From Octopus sinensis (taxonomy: Eukaryota), in assembly GCF_006345805.1 (NCBI RefSeq), contig NC_043008.1:7564001-7628000 (forward strand): DNA of 64,000 nucleotides, written 5' to 3'. This document shows, one piece after another, positions 53,791 to 64,000 of the stretch. The notes beneath the pieces are model-generated. The model was not told the origin of the DNA. It saw only the letters and a list, made by a program, of their open reading frames with translations, and made no database searches. The translations under genes were made by a program, and so were the position numbers. Each line of letters starts with the position of its first letter. Positions within the stretch are counted from its first letter, which is position 1.

Positions 53791-54599
53791 TGCATATACA
53801 AACATGCACATCCATATGTTCTGATGGAACTTTATAAACTACTCGTGGGAATGATGTTATAGTAACTTCGGGTGACTGGCCAAAATAGAATCAGGAATTT
53901 TATTTCTGTTATATAATATGTTTACTGGAATATTTGTTTCAATATTTCTCTCTTCGTAGGGTCTCTCCTCATTGAAATTTCTATAATTTCTTTCTAAATA
54001 TTTTGTTTTATAAGGTACTCATCACATAAGATTCTCAGTATCATAGTGGCCTCTGGTAATAGGAACTGTATGTTGTTGATGACTTACTCTTGCCAGGAAG
54101 TGCTGAGTTATCATTACCATTCTTCTTCGTTTCTTCATTGCCCATCGTGTATTCGCCGCCACTCACGTTGTTGCGTGTACATGTATTTCTGAAATTCTCT
54201 ATCAAGTTTAAATACTATGTTAAAAATAGAAACACAGATCTCAGATTGCAATGCGTAGAATATATTTGTAGTTCTTTGTGGTCGTTACTTGTGGTGTTTG
54301 CTACAATCAATATTGAAATTTATCTAATCGAAGGCGATCATTTATAATTTTGAATATTCTGTTTGAGTGGACGCTTAACCTTATAGTTGCTACTTTCTTC
54401 CGATGCATTTTTGCAATTTCTAAAATGCGTGAGTAAAGCCTATCGGAAAGCTAGAAAAATCCAAGTTTATGAGGTATGTCTACGGAAGCTCGAAGGATGC
54501 CCCTGTAAGAAATTGGAATTCACTTAGAACTAATCCCTAGGATAATCTAATTTAGTTTTTTTCGTCCACGACAGTACCATTATTTCGTTTGCTAAAATT

Positions 54600-55600
54600 G
54601 CCAGAAGAAATACGATAGCAGATGCTGGAAGCACGAATTACAGCCGAGGATTCCAAAATGCCTTCTGCTTGATTCGATTCATTGCGATGAAATAATGGAA
54701 ATCAGAAAATATATCATATGGAACCGTAGTTTATATTGAGAGTTCTATTGATATTCACCCCAAAGCCGCAAAAGCTGAAGATATCTTTACTGATGGGGAA
54801 AGAAATTCTTTTGAAAACATTAAAATAGTACTCGAGAAAGATACAGTAGTAATTGTCTACATTTCTGCAATAGTAGTAGAATATGGTATTGAAATGTCTA
54901 CAAGTGACCAATCCATCGGGTTCGCACTCATTAAAAGGAATGGACAAACAATAAAAGGAATGGACATTGCTTTGAACTAACTGCACGAAGCGATCATGCG
55001 GACGAAATTGCGTTGTTACGGTATTGAGTTAAAAGGGGGAATCTAACGTGTCTAAGAGTAGATATTACATTTGCTCACATTACAGCTGTCCACACTTTAG
55101 CACTTTAGCAGATACAATTATCAAAGTAGAACATAAGTCGAAAGAAGTGAAACATTTTCAGCATGTCACGACCTAGATAACGACTTCAGAAAAAGAAGAT
55201 TAATGACTGCGCAGCTCAACGTACAGCATTGTCTAACATACAGCAACAATACTGTTTTCTCCATTGTTTAGAGATTGTTGATGCTAGATACTACGGCATA
55301 CACACAAAAAGAAAACGCTTCAAAATATCAGTTGGACATTGCATAAACTAGATTATTACCAGCAACACTATGAGTACAAACAATTGTAATATAACATAAA
55401 TGCCAAAACAGCAGGAATGGCAAGCAACTTGTGGAAACGAAGATTAGCTTTTATGGAGTTTATGAGATAGTTGTTGCTACGGTAACTTGCAGTAAGAGAT
55501 GAGGAAGGTTGCACTGTTTTAACTACATCAATGCACACGTACATGACACTGTCATCAATTTGAATTAAAAATCTGGCCAGATGGAGGTCGGTTTTGGGAA
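54600..55600 (+). mobile_element. Possible Mutator/MULE transposase relic
   Basis: AFCFDSIHC (~CIDSTH, first catalytic D), IFTDGERNSF (~FMSD..A) and a distant SWIM-like CTCF..I remnant; frame broken. Confidence 0.4.
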
Positions 55601-55974
55601 TATTCATGTTCATTTATAAAAAGGAAAAAATACACACGCAAATACACTTACACGGACATATGCAGACAAGCATAAGCATGAATTTATATTTGCATATATT
55701 TGTGAACACCTGTACGTAAGCATACATATATAAATGCATTAACCTATCTACATATATTAATATATGATATATAGTGTTTGTTTGTGTATGCATGTATATC
55801 TGTGCAGAAATGAACGCCTGAATAAAAACGTATCTGGTGTCCATGGATATTACAGATTGGATTCTAATCATCCCATGTATGCTCACATGTATATCATGCG
55901 ATAAGAGGAAACACGCGTAGCGATGCATTTGGATATTCCTAAATTTTATCCATGGGTCATTATTGTTATTAATG

Positions 55975-56015
<41 letters not shown>

Positions 56016-56049
56016 ATGAATGTATGTATAGAGCGGATAAAATACTCGA

Positions 56050-56845
56050 GATCCATGGACGAGTTCTGTCCAGCGGTCGCTGTCCTTTATGATCGCTGCC
56101 ATGTCCTGTGCTCCCAGATACAGGAAGTCCTCAACCAAATCTAGTGGCTTCCTGTCTACATTCATAATTTGTTTTGGCTTCTTAACGTTCTCTATCAGAC
56201 GTTTCATCTTAATTTCATTCATTTTCAACCTCACACTCATCGACACAGTCTGCCTCCCGCACTGTGTTTGTCACCAGAACTACGTCGTCAGCAGCTTCAG
56301 CATCTAATATCCTTTTAGCCTTGATCCTCCTACTCTGAGCTGGCGCTACAAGAAAGCCAGAGTCCTAGTGTTCCACCAACGCAAGAGGCATACAATACTC
56401 CACCACGATGATAAAAAAAAGGTAGGGAACCAAAGTATCTCCAGGATAATGAATGCCCTCTGGTGTTGTGTCGAACAGTGATATCAGGTCCACTATCTTC
56501 TTGGGTAATTCATAAGACTGTAAGATCTTCATCAAGCAGTGGCGGTTTATAGGATCAAATGCCTTCCCAAAGTCAATGAAAACCACTAAAATATCATTCT
56601 TAGCATTAGGAGGTGACTGCTGGTTGATCCTCCTTCTCTGAAGCCGTTGTCCCTGAGGTTTTGTCCCAGAAACTGGTTGTCCCTGAGGTTTTCCATTTCC
56701 GGCTGAATCCTGCTAAGGGTCATGCTGCTGAGGGTTTTTCCATGAGTGACATCAGTGGGATCCCTCTATAGTTGTTGGTGTTAGAGAGATCTCCCTTCTT
56801 TGGCGCTGGAACGATGCTACTGATGCTCCACTGATTCAGAGCAAC
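56050..56845 (-). pseudogene. RTE-like LINE reverse transcriptase relic with internal deletions
   Basis: Minus strand QWSISSIVPAPKKGDLSNTNNYRGIPLMS, GFREGGST, VFIDFGKAFDPINR, EAADDVVLV (~YADD), VEDFLYLG. Confidence 0.9.
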
Positions 56846-57444
56846 TCCTCAATTTTTATATTAAATGCTTTTTCTTCCGAATCGATAATTAACAACGAAT
56901 TGTAGACTTTCGGCATTTAGTCACAACGCGGGACATTGTGGCTCCTGATTTCAGATAAACTATATCTTTGGATAATGCGATGGACATAACTTATTTCATT
57001 TCACACCTACGAAGATTTAAGATGAAGGTTAGTATTCCTTTGTACAAATTATGGTTTTACTTCCGCTGCTATGTTATTTTGAATAAGATGTAAAGATAAT
57101 TGCTTTGTCAAAATTTATTTTCGTTAAGAAATTTAAAGAATAAATTTACAAAGAATTATGGGGAGACTAAATTAATTTTGACTTCATTCAACGTTACTCT
57201 AGCTGCATGAAATTTTCAATCTCCAAATTTTAATAAGATTTATTTCGAGCTTATGAAAATAATAGAAAACATGAAACAAACATCTGCAAGATTTGGGGGG
57301 AAATAGTAAGCTATTAGATGGGGAAATACCGGTAATTAAAAGGTGCGAAGAACTAACGTTACTTTTAGAATAATATGAAAATGTGTAGGAGTTAAGATAT
57401 TTAACTGTACTGTGTGTGTTTCTAAGGAAAACATTGGTCTCAGA

Positions 57445-57598
57445 TTTTGGAACAAAGCCAGCAATTTCGGGGAAGGATTGTGTCCACTACGTCGAATCCA
57501 GTGCTCAGCTGGTATTTATTTTAAAGACCCCGAAATGACGGGGGGAATTTGAACTCTGAACGAAAAGCATTTTGCCCGCCGTACTAACGATTCGCGGT
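57445..57598 (-). mobile_element. SINE family A, internally deleted
   Basis: gaacaaagccagcaatttcggggaagg...ccagtgctcagctggtatttatttt..gaccccgaa...ggaatttgaactc...actaacgattc. Confidence 0.75.
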
Positions 57599-58154
57599 CT
57601 TTGTTCGTCTTGGTCGATATTATCGAAATAAATAAATAAGTAAATAAATAAATAAGTAAAATGGAAATCATTGTCAAATTCTTCTAGTGAATGACCCAGT
57701 GTGATTATTGCTTATTTTTATTATGTCCTGGAAATGAACCCGCAGCTTTAACAATATATTTTGAAGCCACATTTTGTAAATGCATCATCTGTTATGTGAA
57801 CAACTATCTCGTGTTAAAACATTGAATTTCAGACTTGTTTAGTTCGTATATATCATGACAAACTTTTACGAACCTCTTTTGCGTTCTTTCCTGTCATATA
57901 AAACACTCAAGATGTCACACGTTGGTAATTTGAATATAAAAAACAGATTCAGAAAAGAGAAAAAATATATATATATAGAATGATTTCATTTGCGTGAAAC
58001 ACGGAAAAACATTTCTGAAGAAACTACATTGAAAATAAAACAGTTGCCAGTTGATAATAATATTGGTCGTATCTATAGAACGTGCAAGAGTGACGGTTTT
58101 CAAAATATGATTGAGCGTCGGACAAACAATTTGCATTATTTCTTCCGGGATAAG

Positions 58155-58358
58155 GCGAGAGAGTGGCAGAATCTTCCTCACGCTGAGCAAAACACTTAGC
58201 GTCTGTCTTTAGATTCTGGGTTCAAATTCTCCTGAGGTGGATTTTTTGCCTTCTCATCCAATCGAGGTCGATTCAATAAGTACCATTTATACACTGGAGT
58301 CGATATCATCGACTAAATCCCTCCCCCATAATTTTGTGCCTATAATAGAAACAATTAT
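58155..58358 (+). mobile_element. SINE family A, degenerate full-length copy
   Basis: gagagtggcagaatc...gggttcaaattc...gccttctcatcc..gaggtcgattcaataagtacc...ggagtcgatatcatcgact. Confidence 0.75.
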
Positions 58359-58494
58359 TTCTTTTGTGATGTAGCATGACAGTTTCAGCCATTTTGAAAT
58401 ATGACTATAGCGATTTCTAATATCTTCACTGTTTGAAAGACAAGGCAGAAATGATCTCGTTTGAGGTTACAGCCATCTTTGGCCAACTTGTTCC

Positions 58495-59060
58495 TGTTGT
58501 AACCACTAACCTGATTGGTTGACACGTGACGCCATTTGTCTCTACTTATTTCGCACCACTGTCCCAGGCCAGTCAATCAGGGCCTTTGGTTAAAATCCCA
58601 TTTCTGAGGCTTGTTTGAGCCACCCAACCTGTATATAAGGGAGTGTTCTCAGACACTTTCGTCTTTGGTTCCAGTTCTTGTAAGAACTAACTTCAGACCA
58701 CAGCGCTACTTAACCAAGCGATATACGATTGTTCCTGCTACTACTAGCGACGACGGTAATGTACACGACCACAGAAAACCTACTATCTTCGCCGCCGCCA
58801 CCATCATGTACCAACCTCGAGTCGCCTCTAAGATCTTCGCCATACGAACTGTAAACCAATTTCCATTATTAACTCTATATTCTGTACCTTTCTATGCCAC
58901 CCGCATTCACCCTGATTTTTCTGTCACACACACGAACACACAGACACAAACACATGCTGCATACGCACATACGTGCTAACGCTTACAAACTTCCGACATC
59001 AATATGGTTGTAAATAAAATATTTATATCCCAAACAGAAGGCTTGTCGTCATTTCACCTA
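58495..59060 (+). mobile_element. Probable solo LTR
   Basis: Starts TG (tgttgtaac); CCAAT box (gattgg), TATA tatataa at 58632, aataaa at 59013; more GC-rich than its flanks; flanked by tgttcc/tgttct (5 of 6 match, TSD-like). Ends TA rather than CA. Confidence 0.55.
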
Positions 59061-59175
59061 TGTTCTTTTGGTACCGCCTTGTATTTATGGCTTATAATAA
59101 TTCGTTAAGAATATGACCACGGGCGATCGTATTCCCTACACAATGCGACCACGTGCGTTCATATTTCTTACAGTT

Positions 59176-59220
59176 ATAAGACTGCGAGCTGGCAGAATAG
59201 TTAGCATGCCGAACAAAAAA
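59176..59220 (+). mobile_element. SINE family A head fragment
   Basis: aagactgcgagctggcagaatagttagcatgccgaacaaaa. Confidence 0.65.
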
Positions 59221-59517
59221 TTAACAGAAATCTAACCGATATTATAGCTGCAATGAACAGGATTTGGACAAAGGATATACGGAAGGAGATTATGGTATTA
59301 AGTGTTGACTACATTTCCGTATGAATTGAAGAGACAATAAATGGTAACGCAGAATGGTTCATGGAATAGGATTGTCAACAAACACATACACGAAAACTTC
59401 CCATTTGTCAGGGACGTGTTTCCGTAGTCTACCACTATCTTACGAACCATACATAATTACATACATACAAACATACATACATACATACATACATATATCA
59501 CTATACACATGTGTATG

Positions 59518-59554
<37 letters not shown>

Positions 59555-59659
59555 TTATTATAGATGTATTATATAATATATACATATACATATGAACATA
59601 TATACATATTTATATGAGTGTCTGTGTGTGTGCGTATATATATATATATATATATATAT

Positions 59660-59707
<48 letters not shown>

Positions 59708-59892
59708 AGATAAACACGGACACATGCACACGCACATACGTACACACACATACACAATACGGTTGATGGCAATAAGCCAAGATATGATATTTATAATCGT
59801 GCAATTTTCCTATACGATACGAATAACTGCATATATAATGATTGAAGTAAATAATCATCATTGATTGACGTATAAATGGTGTGTTTTATCTG

Positions 59893-60180
59893 AAATTAAT
59901 GATTGTATGCGATAATTCCACTGTCTCATGAATATACAGTTTCTCTGTTTCTCCAACATCAACTGAAGAATTCAGGATAGAATCATTTGGTATGAACTAA
60001 AATACAGAATAAAAATTAACCGTAAAATCGGGACAAATGAAACGTTATCCAAAGTTATCCAGAAAGTATAATGAACCAAACGAACATAAACCCACGCGTA
60101 CACACAGACGTGCCCACACATACATGGAAATAGAGGTATGTAATTAGATTTGTATGATTATAAAGATTCATAGAAAATGA
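59893..60180 (+). repeat. ~290-bp direct repeat, copy 1
   Basis: About 90% identical by eye to 62497-62785. Confidence 0.95.
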
Positions 60181-60863
60181 AGATGTTTCTTATCATGATT
60201 ATTCCTTAATTAACTCATTAAGATGTTTCTGTGCTAGCCATTAATATCTAGATATAAACTATTACCCGTTTACAATAAAATATATAATATTATAAATCAT
60301 TATTCCTATTACATTTTAACATATTACCATTTTCTCGCTAATCAAATTCACTCAGAAATGTCCATCTTTCTTTCTCTGACAAGCAATTATCATTTTCCAT
60401 TCTCTCTTTCTCTCTTAACACATACGCACACAACACTACATATGTACATACATGCGTGCATATGCAGATACACTCTCACACACACATACACACAAATACA
60501 CACACACACACAAATGCACACGCACACATATATATAGATGTACATATACATATGCACACACATAAATGATGCATTTATTCAAAATGGTGCGAAGATATTG
60601 TTTAATCCTAGAAAAGGTGTAGCTATACTATAAATACAGAATCGCTCTAGATGCAAGGCGTATGTGCGTCGGTTGTCAATAGACTGTAGTCTAAATAATT
60701 ATATCGGCCCCACAAAAGGCTCCTTCTGTTTTTCACCATGGGAACATTCGGTATGTATAACGAGGGAAATATATATACACAGACTTCCTGTTCTACTCAA
60801 TTTCTCTTTATTAATTGATTACTAAAAATTACATGATACCAGTGTGTGGTTAATGTGTGTGTA

Positions 60864-60884
60864 TCTATCTGTCTATCTATCTAG

Positions 60885-60966
<82 letters not shown>

Positions 60967-61086
60967 CTATTTATCTGTCTATCTATCTGTCTATCTCTCA
61001 ACCTATATATCTATCCCTCTATCTATCTGTATATCTATCTGTCTATCTATCTCTCAACGTATCTATCTATCCAGTTGTCTTTCTCA

Positions 61087-61168
<82 letters not shown>

Positions 61169-61220
61169 GTATATATATATATATATATAATATATATATA
61201 TAGAGAGAGAGAGAGAGAGC
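60864..61220. repeat. Compound (TATC)n-(CT)n-(TA)n-(GA)n microsatellite
   Basis: Directly visible. Confidence 0.95.
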
Positions 61221-62054
61221 GGAGAGGCAGAGTGAAAGAGAGATAATATTTTATGCTTAAAAGCCTTCAAAAGCACATATATGCTAAATACTCTATCCAT
61301 CGATGTGCTAGACTAATTTATGACTATTTCATGCCGAACTTGAATGCACTCTCTTAGTGATTAAGGATGGAAATTTGCCCTGCACAACACATATACAGAC
61401 GTATATAAATAAGTCTCTATTTAGCTATCTAGTTATGTGTCTGCGCGCGCGTGTGCTTGTGTACGTACGTGCGTGTTTGTGTATGTGCATATAACGCACA
61501 TATAGGTGAAAAATGCCATTTACTGCCACTTTTATTGAAGTTACTAAGCGAAGCAAGTCACAGATCTTAAAAGTCCAAGCAGCGTATGTATTACGAATAA
61601 TTTTTTGCGGGTGGTTTGCTTGAAATTAATGAACTTCATGCTGCGTTCGTCATGCTAACAAACGGCGCAGTTTCTTTGATCCCAGAGTATTATCTATATA
61701 TTGAAAGATCTATATTCATATGTTTGAGCATAAACCGGTTAGAATATGCCATGCAGTTATCTCTTTACACGTCCAATATAGTATATAGATATGTTTATAG
61801 CCACACACACACACACACCAATATATATATATATACACATATACATACATATACGTATGCATATGTGAGTGTGTGAATTTGTTCTTTCAGCAGTTTCGGT
61901 TCCTACAAACCGTTTATGTTATTGCATCGCGTTAAAGCGTTTAGTTAATCAAAACAACTTAGTGCATATTCGAAGACCAGGAATTATTTTATTGATCTTA
62001 GTTTTGTCATTGAGTGCCATTCCGAAGCAGAGAGAGAGACAAACAGAAACAAGT

Positions 62055-62259
62055 ATACATACATACATACAAACATACATACATACATGCATACATACAT
62101 ACATACATACATACATACATACATACATACATACAAACATACATACATACATACATACATACATACATACATACATACATACATACATACATACATACAT
62201 ACATACATACATACATACATACATACATACATACATACATACATACATACATACATACA
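62055..62259. repeat. (CATA)n, ~50 units
   Basis: Directly visible; accounts for the ORF cluster at 61869-62396. Confidence 0.97.
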
Positions 62260-62496
62260 TGATGGCTGTCTCCTCGTTATCAAGTATGGCCATTGCACGA
62301 AGCTTAACTGTTATTGGTGCTGTGATCGAATGTGACTTTTTAGTCCAGCTAAAGATCTACAATGTCTTGTATGTCTTCTACAGAATTGGCAACTAAAACC
62401 TTTACCGGTAATAGCCGGCTGTAGTTGTAACTGGGCTTCATTAACCTTTGCATGTCATACATACATACGTACATAAATACATAAATACATACATAT

Positions 62497-62785
62497 ATAT
62501 TAATTATTGTATACGATACTTTCACTGTCTTGTGAATATACAGTTGCTCAGTTTCTCCCATATCAACTGAAGAATTCGGGATAGAATCATTTGGTATGAA
62601 CCAAAATACAGAATAAAAATTAACCGTAAAATCGGGACGAATGAAACGTTATCCAAAGTTATCCAGAAACTGTAATGAACTAAACGAACATAATCCCACG
62701 CGTACACACAGACGTGCCCACACATACATGGAAATAGAGGTATGTAATTAAATTTGTATGATTATAAAGATTCATAGAAAATGAC
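62497..62785 (+). repeat. ~290-bp direct repeat, copy 2
   Basis: Same orientation as 59893-60180, about 2.6 kb downstream. Confidence 0.95.
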
Positions 62786-63802
62786 AAATACACACGCGCA
62801 CACAGGAGTGTATATACATATAGATACATGTGTACGTCACAGTTTATAAACAATCAATCACTAGCCACTGACTGGTATACGAGTGTGAGACAGGGGAAGA
62901 GATTGGTGGGGTATGCAATGTGAGTATGCAGTGTAGACAGTGTGAGCGTATGCGATGAAGGAATGTGTGTATATGTATTTGAATCTGCTTGGTGATATGC
63001 GTTTGTGCATATAAATGCATGTACGCGTGTAAACATGAAAGTATGGATGTATGAATAGCTATGATGAACAAAGATGAAAGCTATTTCGTGTAAAAAAAAT
63101 TAACTTCTACATTAAGCAATTCATCAGATAAATACATCAGGAAATGGAGAAACTCAATTCCTGTCTCTTGCTAGAAACCATTTTCCTCATTATTGTTTAG
63201 ATTCAAATCATGATAACGTAGGGTTAGAAACAATTTCGTTCTTGCTTACATATGGAACGGATATTTTGGAACCATCCTACACAAGTTTGTTTTAGAAGAA
63301 AATGGACTTCACTCATATTGCTAAGGATGAACTACGCGAGAAAAAACTGGTGTGTTTTGAATTTTGCTAAATATTACAGACATAAATCAAGTGCGTTGTA
63401 TAAAAATCTTGTGCATTCTAGCTAAATTATAAAATTAATCTGAATAGAAAATAGATCAACGCCATTATAATGAATATAGAGAAGCGGTGGAGATTATAAA
63501 TTTCACTTATGTAACAATTTTTCTGTCAGTTCCAGTCGTTGGTGATGAAATCAATAATTCTTTTTTTAATTGCAAAGCTAATGTATGTGTGTACGTATAG
63601 ATGTGTGCTAATTGAAAATAAACAATCGTGTCTGATGTATTTACAGCATCACTAATTATATTAGTCAAACCAAACATTATTATATATGTATGCGTGTTTC
63701 TCTCTCTCTCTCTCTAAATATATTTATATATATATATATATATATGTGTGTGTATAAATATATGCATATATATACATATATATATTTATATATGTATATA
63801 CT

Positions 63803-63833
<31 letters not shown>

Positions 63834-64000
63834 TCACACACACATATATGTCTTTAATTTTTTAAACTATTTGAATTCTTCCCATAGAGTTGGAACTGGT
63901 TTCTTACAAACAAACTCGGCTCCGTTACTGAAATTTAAAATAGCACTATGTTTATGTGTGAGATTTTGACCTTTCAAAACATCTTTCAGACTTTTATGAT

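Noticed and set aside
55614-56246. Longest ORF in the track (210 aa)
   Set aside because: Its N-terminal part is the deleted RTE relic; the rest reads through (TA)/(CA) repeats and low-complexity DNA.
62555-62655. Possible long-loop hammerhead in the 290-bp repeat (ctgaaga...gaaacgtt)
   Set aside because: Stem II can form only in copy 2, and stem I does not pair in either copy.

Overview
AT-rich, microsatellite-saturated animal DNA. The SINE families and the load of (TA)n/(TCTA)n/(CATA)n/(AAT)n tracts point to an octopus genome; this is inferred from recalled repeat consensus sequences, not from a search. I cannot confidently identify any host protein-coding gene. Nearly all ORFs in the supplied track are translations of microsatellites or antisense shadows of transposon relics. 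The window is a transposon graveyard: at least 15 tRNA-derived SINE copies from 3-4 families; decayed LINE fragments (CR1/L2-like RT, RTE-like RT, R4/Dong-like restriction-like endonuclease, L1/Tx1-like ORF1+APE); three Tc1/mariner relics; two probable Mutator relics; a Helitron PIF1-helicase relic; and a probable solo LTR. The most interesting signal is a set of minimal type I hammerhead-ribozyme (HHR) motifs in inverted, Penelope-like arrangements. One is a near-perfect ~330-bp palindrome carrying two HHR cores (48657-48985). The other is a family joining a tRNA-like Pol III head, an internal (AAT)n and an HHR-bearing tail (39462-40051, with partial copies near 18.2 kb and 45.1 kb), resembling a SINE/retrozyme hybrid. 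A 77-bp double-hairpin unit sits inside an (AAT)n array. A few weak exon-like segments are listed at low confidence. All protein-family assignments come from manual motif recognition and need HMM confirmation.
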